Shown here: positions 10,837 to 19,933 of the stretch, piece after piece
How positions within the stretch are numbered: position 1 is the first letter of the stretch
Layout of the letters: each line of letters opens with the position of its first letter
Source: Alphaproteobacteria bacterium
GTDB lineage: Bacteria > Pseudomonadota > Alphaproteobacteria > UBA828
Assembly (NCBI GenBank): GCA_965237415.1
Contig: CBDEFM010000002.1
Location: forward strand, 480,001-544,000
DNA: 64,000 nucleotides
Reading direction: 5' to 3'
Translations under genes and position numbers: made by a program
Notes under the pieces: generated by a model
The model's input: the letters and a program-made list of their open reading frames with translations, nothing else
Told to the model about the DNA's origin: nothing
Databases searched by the model: none

Positions 10837-11598
10837 ATGGATCTCGGCTTGAAGGGCAGAAAGTCGCTGGTGACGGGTGGCACCAAGGGAATCGGCCGGG
10901 CGATCGCGAACGAGCTCGCGGCGGAGGGCGCCGATGTCGCCATCTGCGCGCGCACCGAGGCCGACGTGGAGGCGGCGGTCGCTGCGCTCAGCGAGACCGG
11001 CGTGCGCGTCTCGGGACGGACGCTCGATGTCGGCGATGGGCCGGCCGTGCGCCAATGGGTCGATGACGTCGCCGAGGAGTTCGGCGGGCTCGATATCGTC
11101 GTCCCCAACGTGAGCGCGTTGGCCGCGACGCCCGAGCTGGAGTCCTGGCAGAAGGAATTCAGCGTCGACTTGATGCACACCGTGAACACGGTGGAAGCCG
11201 CTCTGCCACATCTCGAGAAGTCCGATGCCGGCTCCATCGTGGTCATTTCCAGCGTGTCAGGTATCGAGATCGACTTCGCCGCCGGCCCTTATGGCGTATT
11301 CAAGGCGGCCCTGATCCACTATTCCGCCGGCCTCAGCCGGCAGCTTGCGCCCAAGGGCATCCGCGCCAACTCGGTCTCGCCCGGCAACACCTATTTCGAC
11401 GGCGGGTTCTGGCAGGATGTGGAGAACAACAACCCGGACCTGTTCAATCTGGCGTTGAGCCTCAACAAGACCGGGCGCATGGCGACGGCCGAGGAGGTCG
11501 CCAACGCGGCAGTATTCCTCGCCAGCCCGCGCGCGAGCTTCATCACCGGCACCAACATCAAGGTGGACGGCGCGCTCACCAACAGCGTGCAGTATTGA
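10837..11598 (+). CDS. SDR family oxidoreductase
   Basis: TGGTKGIG, YGVFK (YxxxK), NSVSPG; GAGGGAG RBS. Confidence 0.92.
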   Translation: MDLGLKGRKSLVTGGTKGIGRAIANELAAEGADVAICARTEADVEAAVAALSETGVRVSGRTLDVGDGPAVRQWVDDVAEEFGGLDIVVPNVSALAATPELESWQKEFSVDLMHTVNTVEAALPHLEKSDAGSIVVISSVSGIEIDFAAGPYGVFKAALIHYSAGLSRQLAPKGIRANSVSPGNTYFDGGFWQDVENNNPDLFNLALSLNKTGRMATAEEVANAAVFLASPRASFITGTNIKVDGALTNSVQY

Positions 11599-11627
11599 CC
11601 CTGCCTGCCGGGATTGCGGGGGCAGCG

Positions 11628-12098
11628 ATGGCGGAAGCGGGGTGGACTGTCTACCTCTCGGGCGAGATACACACCGACTGGCGCGATCAAATTCGCGCCG
11701 GTGCCGACGCAGCGGGTCTCGACGTCGCGTTCGTCTCTCCGGTCACCGACCACGCGGCGAGCGACGATTGCGGCGTCGCCATCCTGGGCGTCGAGGAGAG
11801 GCCGTTCTGGAAGGACCACAAGGGTGCGCGGGTCAACGCGATCCGCAACCGCACCCTGATCCGGCGCGCGGATATCGTCGTCGTGCGCTTCGGCGACAAG
11901 TACCGGCAGTGGAATGCGGCCTTCGATGCCGGCTACGCCGCCGCGCTCGACAAGCCGATTATCACGCTGCACGAGCCTGCGCTCACCCACGCGTTGAAGG
12001 AGGTAGACGGCGCCGCGCTCGCCGTTGCCGAGACGCCGGAGCAGGTGGTCGAGCTGCTGTGCTACGCAATGACCGGCGCCCTGCACTCCGCCGCGTAG
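11628..12098 (+). CDS. YtoQ family protein
   Basis: VYLSGEIHTDWR, FGDKYRQWNAAFDAG, HALKEVD. Confidence 0.88.
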   Translation: MAEAGWTVYLSGEIHTDWRDQIRAGADAAGLDVAFVSPVTDHAASDDCGVAILGVEERPFWKDHKGARVNAIRNRTLIRRADIVVVRFGDKYRQWNAAFDAGYAAALDKPIITLHEPALTHALKEVDGAALAVAETPEQVVELLCYAMTGALHSAA

Positions 12099-12109
12099 GG
12101 GTCCTTGGC

Positions 12110-12571
12110 ATGCCGAAAATCGACATCGACCGGGTGCCGGTGAAGACCGGCTCAATCTATCCGGCGCCGTTCAAGGCGATGGCCGATGCGCGCTCCCGCC
12201 AGGCGTTGGGGGATGCGGCCGGGCTGACCCAGTTCGGGGTCAACCTGACGCGCCTGCCGCCAGGTGCCGCGACCGCGCAGCGCCACTGGCACGAAGCCGA
12301 GGACGAGCTGGTCCTCGTCGTTTCGGGCGAGCTGGTCCTGATTGAAGATGCCGGCGAAACGCTGCTCCGGGCAGGCGAGGCGGCGGCCTTCAAGGCCGGC
12401 CACGCCGACGGCCACCACCTGGTGAACCGCTCGGGGGAGGATGCGGTGGTGCTTGAGATCGGCACCCGCGCCGGTGAGGAACGCGCCCACTATCCGGACG
12501 TCGATCTCGTCTACGAGAAGCGCGGGGGCAAAATCCGCTTTACCAATAAGGCGGGCGAAGTCTACGACTGA
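12110..12571 (+). CDS. Cupin domain protein
   Basis: LGDAAGLTQFGVN, RHWHEAEDE, GHHLVN. Confidence 0.88.
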   Translation: MPKIDIDRVPVKTGSIYPAPFKAMADARSRQALGDAAGLTQFGVNLTRLPPGAATAQRHWHEAEDELVLVVSGELVLIEDAGETLLRAGEAAAFKAGHADGHHLVNRSGEDAVVLEIGTRAGEERAHYPDVDLVYEKRGGKIRFTNKAGEVYD

Positions 12572-12595
12572 TTCGCGCGGATTGGCCGGAGCCGG

Positions 12596-13006
12596 CTACT
12601 CACTCATGGCCGGCCGGTAAGTGCCGAAATTCCAGAGGTGGCCTTCGGGGTCGCGCGCGGAGTAGTCGCGCGAGCCGTAGGGCGTGTCCTGCAGCTCACG
12701 CACGATCTCGGCGCCGGCCGCGGCGGCACGGTCGTAGTGGGCGTCGGCGTCCTCGACCACGATATAGATCGACTGCGTGACGCCGCCGAGGTCGCACGGA
12801 ATCCTCATCGCGAGTTCGTCGTCCCTCTGCGAGCCCACCATGATCAGGCCGGAGCTAAATGCAAGTTGAGCATGGGCGATTGTGCCGTCCGGCCCCGGCA
12901 CGATCATGTTTTCGGTGAAGCCGAAGGCCTCCTTGAGCCAGGCGATCGCGGCAGGCGCGTCGCGGTAGCTGAGGCATGGAACGATGGCTGGGCCTGTCTC
13001 GGTCAT
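12596..13006 (-). CDS. VOC/glyoxalase family protein (in frame with the upstream SBP ORF)
   Basis: PCLSYRDAPAAIAWL, HAQL, DTPYGSRDYSARDPEGHLW; own ATG at 13006. Confidence 0.8.
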   Translation of the reverse strand: MTETGPAIVPCLSYRDAPAAIAWLKEAFGFTENMIVPGPDGTIAHAQLAFSSGLIMVGSQRDDELAMRIPCDLGGVTQSIYIVVEDADAHYDRAAAAGAEIVRELQDTPYGSRDYSARDPEGHLWNFGTYRPAMSE

Positions 13007-14410
13007 GGCGGGTTCCGTCTTGAGCGTTAGCAGGAGATGGTGTCGAAGTGTATCGGCCGGGTCCTCACGCGTCTCAACGTCCTCGTCTGCCTCCGGCGTT
13101 GGCTCTTCGGCGGGCGCCTCTTCGGCAATCTCGGTTTCCGATGGCGACGGTTGCGTCTCGGCCTCGGGCAGGGCGTGTTCGGGGCAAAGGGTATTCGCTC
13201 GGCTGGGCGGACCGAGGGCGAGGAAATCATCGCGCGGGAGGCCGAGCGTCTGTTCCACGTCGGAGACCGTATGGACGGTCTTCTGCGTAAGAGCGCCGCC
13301 CGCCGCTTCGACGACTTCCACGATGAACGTGCTGGTCACGGCCTGGCGGTTTGCGTCGAGTTCGACCGGGCCGCCGAACGGGGTATCGAAGCTTAGCTCG
13401 GCGAGAGCGCCGCGCAGACGCTCGTGCCCGTCGCCGAGGTCGCCGTCGATCTCGTCAAGGGCGAGAAGCAATGCCTTGGTATTCACGTAGTAGCTGAGGG
13501 CGAACAGGCTTGGCGAAAGTCCTGCATCCGGAAAGCGCTCGCGGTAGCGCTCAGTGAACTCGGTCCAGGCTTCATTGTCGTCGCTCTCCGAGATCGGCAG
13601 CGCCGAAATCGCCCCCTTCAGCAGAGGGCGGATGGCGCTTGCTTTGAGAAGGCTGCCGCTCAGGGTCGTGGCGCCCGTCACAATGGCAGCCTGTCCGCCG
13701 GCCTCGGCATAGGCTTCGAGAAACCTTTTGGCCGCACGGGGCTCCAAAGCCAGGAACAGCGCGTCTGTCTCCGTACCGGACACTGTCTTGGCGATGCGCG
13801 CGGCGTCGCTCGCGCCGGTGGAGATCCAGTGCCGTGCCAGCACTTGGCCGCCAAGGGCGCAGTAGTCCAGCATGAAGCCCATGAGCTGCGTGTAGGGAAG
13901 GGAATAGTCCTCGGCGACCGAGACGATCGTGCGGATATCTTTCTCCTCGTAGGCATAACGCCCGAGCCCGGCGATCCACTGCATGCTGTCGGGATTGAAG
14001 CGGAAGAAGTTGTCCGCCGGCGCACGCAAGGTGGCGTCCTGCGCTGCCGAGGCGCCGTTGATGAACGTCACCTCAGGCACGCTCTTGGCGAATTCGCGGA
14101 TTGCGATGCCCTCGATCCCCGCAAGGGGACCGATGAGGATGCTGGCACCGCGGTCGATCAGCACGCGCGCCTTCGCGATCACCGAGTCCGGGGTTCCGTC
14201 GGTCGATTCGACGAATGCTTCGATGGGTCGCTCGCCGGCGCGTTCCTCGTGCTCGCTCAAGGCCAGCTCGTAACCGCGCACGGCGTCCATTCCAAGGGAC
14301 CTAAACGCCCCTTCGAGAGGGGCGAGCACGCCGATCTTCAGGCTGTGCGTGTCGGCCTTCGCCGGAACGACGATCATCGTCAGCGCGGCAACGATAATCG
14401 ACCACGCCAT
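13007..14410 (-). CDS. Branched-chain amino acid-type ABC substrate-binding protein; reads through into the VOC gene without a stop
   Basis: Signal peptide, KIGVLAPLEG, ILIGPL, NFFRF, VAEDYS, P.G.V.LDANRQA motifs; start uncertain (14410 or 14488). Confidence 0.75.
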
Positions 14411-14680
14411 GAGGCGATGGGCGCGTGCCGCAAGAATGCGGGCTCGTCCGCGACGCCGGTTTCCCGGAGGTGGCGGCGACTTCGTCACGCTACGTCGATC
14501 ATGTTAAGTTGGCAGTAAATCAGGGCATTGAGACACTTGTCGCGCGTATGGTCGCTCGCTCGACATTGCCGCCAGACCTTATAGCGGCCCGTACCGGCCA
14601 TTGCCATGCGCACGTCGCGTGGGCTGAGCCGCCGGCCACACCACATGAAGCCGCGACCCTCTTGCGCCCAGCGAATGTCG

Positions 14681-14713
14681 CGCGGACCATGACATTGGTG
14701 AGAATTCCGGGCT
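14681..14713. repeat. Solo degenerate terminal inverted repeat of the MITE-like family
   Basis: CGCGGACCATGACATTGGTGAGAATTCCGGGCT matches the TIRs at 19700 and 19870 at 26-27/33; followed by AG (CTAG). Confidence 0.65.
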
Positions 14714-14788
14714 AGGCTAGGCACAGCGGGTTGTCGGCGCACGGCGCAACGCGCCCTGGCTGACGCCCAACCCAGGGAGGAGGCAATC

Positions 14789-16087
14789 ATGGCAAAGACC
14801 ACAGAGCATCGGAAGCAGGGACCGAGCCGGCGCACAATGCTCAAGGGCGCCGCGGCGATCGCCGGCGTCGCGGCCGGCACCAAGGCTCTTGGCGGATTTC
14901 CAACCGTCTGGGCGCAGGACACGAAAGACATCGTGATCAACCATTCCGGCATGTCCTATTCGACGATCATTCAGATCGCCGAGCAGGCGACGGTGGATCT
15001 GCCGTTCTCGGTGGAGATGGCCGTCACCGATCACGCCGGCATGCTCAACCGGCTGACCACGCAGTCCGATTCGATCGATGTCGCCGACATCGAGCTGTGG
15101 ATGCGGGTCATCACCGTGCCGCGCGGCATCTACCAGGCGGTCGATCCCGCCAAGATCGCGCATTGGGACAAGACCACGTCGCTCTATCGGGACGGCACGT
15201 TCGACGGCAAGCAGGTCTCGCGCCAGGGGGTCTCGCCCCATGAGGTGATGTACTTCACCGATGGCGACGCCAATGCGCTTGCCGACGGTACCACCGATTA
15301 CGCGACGATGACCCCCGGCGTGTTCAATGCCGATACGCTCGGCATCCAGCCGGTCGAGATCGGCCGCCCGATCAACAATTGGCACGAGCTCTTCAACGAA
15401 GAGTTCAGCGGCCGGGCGGCGGGCATGGATATCCCGCCGATCATGATCATGGACGCTGCGCTCGCCATCGAATCGACCGGCGAATACACCTATGCCGACA
15501 AGGGCAACATGACCAAGGAAGAGATCACGATGACCGTGGACCGGCTCATCGATCTCAAGCAGAAGGGCCATTGGCGGTCGATGTGGGGCACCTTCGACCA
15601 GTCGGTGCAGCTGATGACGTCGGGCGAGGTGGTGATCCAGTCGATGTGGTCGCCGGCTGTGACGGCCGTGCGCGCAGCAGGCGTGCCCTGCATCTACCAG
15701 CCGCTCGCCGAGGGCTATCGCGGCTGGGGCAACGGGCTCAGCCTGATGAGCCACCTCGAGGGCAAGAGGCTCGGCGCGGCCTATGACTATCTCAACTGGT
15801 ACTATGACGGCTGGATGGGCGCCTTCATCGCCAAGCAGGGCTACTATCTGGGTGTCGCGGAGACCGCCAAGAACTTCATGCAGCCCTACGAGTGGGATTA
15901 CTGGTACGAGGGCAAGCCGGCGGCCGACACCATCAAGGACCCCTACGGCAACCCGATGGAGAAGGCGGGGCACGTCCGCGACGGCGGCTCGTTCTCCAAT
16001 CGTTTCGGCAACATGGCGTGCTGGAACACGCTGATGGATAACCAGCAGTTCCTGCTCAAGAAGTGGACGGAGTTGCAGACGGCCTGA
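14789..16087 (+). CDS. PotD/PotF-like ABC substrate-binding protein, Tat-exported
   Basis: SRRTMLK twin-arginine signal; NADTLG, SGEVVIQSMWSPA, EGYRGW motifs; GGAGG RBS. Confidence 0.88.
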   Translation: MAKTTEHRKQGPSRRTMLKGAAAIAGVAAGTKALGGFPTVWAQDTKDIVINHSGMSYSTIIQIAEQATVDLPFSVEMAVTDHAGMLNRLTTQSDSIDVADIELWMRVITVPRGIYQAVDPAKIAHWDKTTSLYRDGTFDGKQVSRQGVSPHEVMYFTDGDANALADGTTDYATMTPGVFNADTLGIQPVEIGRPINNWHELFNEEFSGRAAGMDIPPIMIMDAALAIESTGEYTYADKGNMTKEEITMTVDRLIDLKQKGHWRSMWGTFDQSVQLMTSGEVVIQSMWSPAVTAVRAAGVPCIYQPLAEGYRGWGNGLSLMSHLEGKRLGAAYDYLNWYYDGWMGAFIAKQGYYLGVAETAKNFMQPYEWDYWYEGKPAADTIKDPYGNPMEKAGHVRDGGSFSNRFGNMACWNTLMDNQQFLLKKWTELQTA

Positions 16088-16102
16088 ACGGCCTTATCCC
16101 TG

Positions 16103-16140
16103 CGGGCGGGGCCGGCGTACCGGCCCCGCCCCGTTCTTTC
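16103..16140 (+). terminator. Intrinsic terminator / stabilising hairpin after the SBP gene
   Basis: GGGCGGGGCCGG-CGTA-CCGGCCCCGCCC stem-loop followed by GTTCTTTC. Confidence 0.75.
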
Positions 16141-16163
16141 ACCCGATTGGATTCGGTCTCGCG

Positions 16164-17039
16164 ATGAGCAACGGCACCGGCAGGGGGCGGCGGCCGTTCG
16201 TGCGGGTGGCCCCGCTCGGCCTCGCGCTGGCGGTTTTCTTCGTGGTGCCGCTGGGCGTTCTGGTGGTGGTCAGCTTCTTCGAGAGCGACATGATCTTCGG
16301 CATGAGGCCCGCGCTCACGCCGGAGAGCTATGTCGAGCTGTTCACCACCATGAACACCCTCTGGCTCTATTTGAGCACCCTCAAGTTCGCGGCGATCGTC
16401 TGGGCAGTCACGCTGCTCATCGGTTTCACCATCGCCTACTTCCTGGTGTTCCACGTCCGCTCCCTGCTGATCGCGATCGGGCTCTTCCTGCTCTGCACCG
16501 TGCCGTTCTGGACTTCGAACATCATCAGGATGATCTCGTGGATCCCGCTGCTGGGGAAGCAGGGGCTGGTCAATCAGGCGCTGATGGGCCTCGGCATCGT
16601 CGACGAGCCGATGGAGTGGCTGCTGTTCTCCGACTTCTCGGTGGTGGTGAGCTACGTCCACCTCTTCACGTTGTTCATGATCGTCCCGATCTTCAACTCG
16701 ATGGCGCGCATCGACAAAGCGCTGATCGAGGCGGCGCGGGACGCGGGCGCAAGCTCTCTTCGCATCATGTGGGAGGTCATCATTCCGCTCTCCCGCAGCG
16801 GCATCGCGCTCGGCTCGATCTTCGTCATCGTGCTGGTAATGGGCGATTTCTTCATCATCAAGGTGATGAGCGGCGGGCAGAGCGCCTCCGTCGTCTCCGC
16901 CATCTTCGAGGACATCAACGTCTTGCTCTATCCGTCTGCCTCGGCGAGCGCGGTGGTGCTGCTGATCGTCGTGGTGATGATGGTGATGGGCGTGCTGCGG
17001 GTGGTTAACATCCGCAGGGAGCTGGCGGGCAGCACGTAG
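16164..17039 (+). CDS. ABC transporter permease (PotB-like)
   Basis: VPFWTSNIIR; EAARDAGA EAA loop. Confidence 0.9.
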   Translation: MSNGTGRGRRPFVRVAPLGLALAVFFVVPLGVLVVVSFFESDMIFGMRPALTPESYVELFTTMNTLWLYLSTLKFAAIVWAVTLLIGFTIAYFLVFHVRSLLIAIGLFLLCTVPFWTSNIIRMISWIPLLGKQGLVNQALMGLGIVDEPMEWLLFSDFSVVVSYVHLFTLFMIVPIFNSMARIDKALIEAARDAGASSLRIMWEVIIPLSRSGIALGSIFVIVLVMGDFFIIKVMSGGQSASVVSAIFEDINVLLYPSASASAVVLLIVVVMMVMGVLRVVNIRRELAGST

Positions 17040-17049
17040 GAGAGGGGGC

Positions 17050-17901
17050 ATGGCGCAATCATCGAAGACCCATAAGCCTCGTCCCTGGACCTTCTATCCG
17101 CTGGCGGCGTTCTTCGGAATTTTCGTGCTCTTCCTCTACGGCCCGATGTTCTGCATCTACATTCTCTCGTTTCAGGGGCCGAACGCCTCGCTGGTGTTCC
17201 CCATGCAGGGCGTCTCGATCCACTGGTTCGAGGCGCTGTTCGGCCAGGCGCGGACCGGCGATGTGGGCGGCGCGTTCGCGCGCTCGCTGCCGCTCTCACT
17301 CATCATCCTTTCCGTCACCGTGCTCTTCTCGGTGGCGGCGGGGCTGGCCTTCCGCAGCCGGTTCTTCGGCAACTCGGTGATCTTCTACACGGCGATCGGG
17401 AGCCTTGTGGTGCCCGGCCTGGTGCTCGGCGTCGGCATCACGCTGCTTCTCCAACTCCTGGGCTGGAACGCGCACTGGTATTCGTCGGCGCTCGGCGCGC
17501 ACCTCACCTGGACGCTGCCCTTCGGGCTGCTCATCATGTTCGCCGTGCTGAGCCGCTTCGACCCGCGCGTGGAGGAGGCGGCGCGCGATCTCGGTGCGAG
17601 CAACCTGCAGTCCTTGCGCTACGTGATGATCCCCATCCTGCTGCCGGGCATCATCGCGGTGGCGCTGTTCGGCTTCACCCTCTCCTACGACGAGTTCCCG
17701 CGCAGTACCTTCACCGTCGGCGCGCGCAACACGCTGCCGCTCGAAATCTGGAGCATGACCACCAACGTCACGTCGCCGGCGCTCTACGCGCTGGGCACCG
17801 TGACGACGGCAATCTCCTTCTTCATCATCGTCGTCTCGTTGACCGCGATCGGCGTGATCCAGGCACGCCGCCAACGCGCCGGGAAGCGAGCGAGGCCGTA
17901 G
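17050..17901 (+). CDS. ABC transporter permease (PotC-like)
   Basis: LFLYGP, EEAARDLGA, FTLSYDEF, TLPLEIW. Confidence 0.9.
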   Translation: MAQSSKTHKPRPWTFYPLAAFFGIFVLFLYGPMFCIYILSFQGPNASLVFPMQGVSIHWFEALFGQARTGDVGGAFARSLPLSLIILSVTVLFSVAAGLAFRSRFFGNSVIFYTAIGSLVVPGLVLGVGITLLLQLLGWNAHWYSSALGAHLTWTLPFGLLIMFAVLSRFDPRVEEAARDLGASNLQSLRYVMIPILLPGIIAVALFGFTLSYDEFPRSTFTVGARNTLPLEIWSMTTNVTSPALYALGTVTTAISFFIIVVSLTAIGVIQARRQRAGKRARP

Positions 17902-17925
17902 ACGCTTGCCGCAGACGGCGTCGCG

Positions 17926-18465
17926 TCAACTCCGACGGCGGGTCACCATTCTCTTGGTCCCCTCGTAGCGGAGGCTCTTGCAGAGGCGGGCGAAGCCGTC
18001 GAGGTTCTCGACGATCCGTGCGAAGATGCAGCCCTGGTTTGGGTGCGGCGTGTCGCCGTACCAAAGCGTGGTGGGGAAGCGCATCCCGGCGTGGCGGCCG
18101 TAGGCGAAGGTCACCTCCCTGAGCCAGGGATCCCAGATGAAGTCGCCGGGGGCCATCCTGGTCTGCCGGTTCTCCAGCTCGTAACCGAGCGCAGGCACCA
18201 TATCGATCCGGTCGAGGTAGAAGGCGGCGTGACCGAAGAAGGCGCAATGGATGATGTAGGCGTCGATCGGCATCATCTGCCAGAAGGCTTCGCAGGTCTT
18301 GGGCGCGGCGGTCTCCAGCAGCGCGCCGACGCAGACCTCGCCGTCGATCTCGATCTCGAAGCGGCGGAAACTGTCGGGGATGTCGTTCGGGATCTCGAAT
18401 TGGTCGTACCACCATTCATCCCACATCTCGCGCTGGGCAACCGTATCGACCGGCTTGTCCGCCAT
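17926..18465 (-). CDS. DUF3830-like (cyclophilin-like fold) protein
   Basis: APKTCEAF...P....IH, LENRQT..APGD, FAYG pattern; GGAGG RBS. Confidence 0.65.
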   Translation of the reverse strand: MADKPVDTVAQREMWDEWWYDQFEIPNDIPDSFRRFEIEIDGEVCVGALLETAAPKTCEAFWQMMPIDAYIIHCAFFGHAAFYLDRIDMVPALGYELENRQTRMAPGDFIWDPWLREVTFAYGRHAGMRFPTTLWYGDTPHPNQGCIFARIVENLDGFARLCKSLRYEGTKRMVTRRRS

Positions 18466-18485
18466 GAATGCCTCCGTCGTTTTAG

Positions 18486-19687
18486 GGAAAGTCTGAACAA
18501 CCCCATGTTCGCGGTTTCGAGGGGGAGAGGCGGCTTGGATGTGAAGCTCGACGATATTGCCGACAGGCCGGGGGCTGCTTTGGTCACGGGATACGGAGCG
18601 AACGGGCGATATCCGCGTCGATCCGCCTCCTTCCCCGCCGTCCCGCCAGCGGCGGGCAGACTACTCCCCTGTCATCCCGTCGCGTAGCGGCCGGCGATCA
18701 GCAGATTCGAGAACCCCAGCAGCAACGCGATGCGCTGCCTGTTCTTTGCCACGCCCCGGTAGCGCACCTTGGCGTAGCCGAAGTGCCGCTTCACGTACAG
18801 GAACGGATGCTCAACCTTCGCCCGCACCGACGCCTTGCGCTTCTCGGCCGCCTCTTCGGCGACGCCCTCGCCCAGCAGCCGGCGCCGCCCCGGCTTCATC
18901 GCCACACGCCACTCGACACCGCCGTCCCGGTGCTCGGGACGCTTCTCCACTCCCTGGTAGCCTGCGTCGCCCCACGCCGTCGTCTCAGCGCCATGCAGCA
19001 GCGCTCCCGCCTGCGTCACGTCGCTTGCGTTGGCCGCCGTCGTCGTCAAGCTGTGCGCCAGACCCGACCCGGCGTCCACCCCGATGTGCGCCTTCATCCC
19101 GAAATACCACTGCTTGCCCTTCTTCGTCTGATGCATCTCAGGGTCCCGTGCGCGGCGCCGGTTCTTCGTCGACGACGGCGCGTCGATGATGCTCGCGTCA
19201 ACGATCGTCCCCGTGCGCAGCCGATGGCCGCGCGACGCCAGGTGCGCATTGATCTCCTCGAACAGACCCTCGCCCAGGCCGTGCTTCTCCAACAGATGCC
19301 GGAAGTTCAGGATGGTGGTCTCGTCGGGCAGCGCCTCCGTCAACCGCAGCCCCACGAAACGCCTCACCGACTCCACCTCGTAGAGAAGGTCCTCCATCCC
19401 CGGGTCGCTCAGGTTGTAGAACAACTGCACGCAGTGAACACGCAGCATCACCGAAAGCGGGTACGGGCGCCGACCGCGCCCCGCCTTCGCATAGAACGGC
19501 TCGATCCGTCGCTCCAGCCGCTCCCAGGGAACCAGCTTGTCCATCTTCTCAAGGAACAACTCACGCCGCGTCCGGCGCTTCTTCAAGTCGTGCTCCAGTT
19601 CCGCAAAGCTTGCCTGTGCCATGGCTCGATCATCCAATCCGCGACTCCTGCGCAAATTATGGCACACGCAACTTGATCAGACCTTCC
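18486..19687 (-). mobile_element. Complete IS5-family insertion sequence (1202 bp)
   Basis: Terminal IRs GGAAAGTCTGAACAAC and rc GGAAGGTCTGATCAAG (13/16); TTAG target duplication at 18482-18485 and 19688-19691; encloses an intact transposase. Confidence 0.93.
18672..19622 (-). CDS. IS5 family transposase
   Basis: PDETTILNFRH, IVDASII, WYFGMKAHIGVD, GDAGYQG, RAKVEHPF (DDE triad), KVRYRG. Confidence 0.96.
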   Translation of the reverse strand: MAQASFAELEHDLKKRRTRRELFLEKMDKLVPWERLERRIEPFYAKAGRGRRPYPLSVMLRVHCVQLFYNLSDPGMEDLLYEVESVRRFVGLRLTEALPDETTILNFRHLLEKHGLGEGLFEEINAHLASRGHRLRTGTIVDASIIDAPSSTKNRRRARDPEMHQTKKGKQWYFGMKAHIGVDAGSGLAHSLTTTAANASDVTQAGALLHGAETTAWGDAGYQGVEKRPEHRDGGVEWRVAMKPGRRRLLGEGVAEEAAEKRKASVRAKVEHPFLYVKRHFGYAKVRYRGVAKNRQRIALLLGFSNLLIAGRYATG

Positions 19688-19699
19688 TTAGCGCCTGCC

Positions 19700-19902
19700 A
19701 GCCCGCATTTCTCATCACGGTCATGGTCTGCGCGCCGCCCTCCGGGTCGCGCCCAGGCGCCCGCCCGCGTCGGGCGCTCCGCGCGCGTCCCGCGCGACGT
19801 CGCGGGCCTCAACCGTAGCAGCGCTACGCTTTTCGGCCCACTCCTAGCGGCTCGAACGCCTGGACGCGACGCAGGCCGTGACCGTGATGAGAATTGCGGG
19901 CT
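19700..19902. mobile_element. MITE-like non-coding element with 33-bp terminal inverted repeats
   Basis: 19700-19732 vs reverse complement of 19870-19902 match at 30/33; internal palindrome CGTAGCAGCGCTACG; no credible ORF. Confidence 0.75.
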
Positions 19903-19919
19903 AACGGCGCGCCGGCGAC

Positions 19920-19925
19920 TATAAT
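19920..19925 (+). promoter_or_regulatory. -10 box (TATAAT) of a probably leaderless gene
   Basis: Perfect TATAAT 8 nt before ATG 19934 with no Shine-Dalgarno sequence. Confidence 0.5.
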
Positions 19926-19933
19926 AGCGCCCC

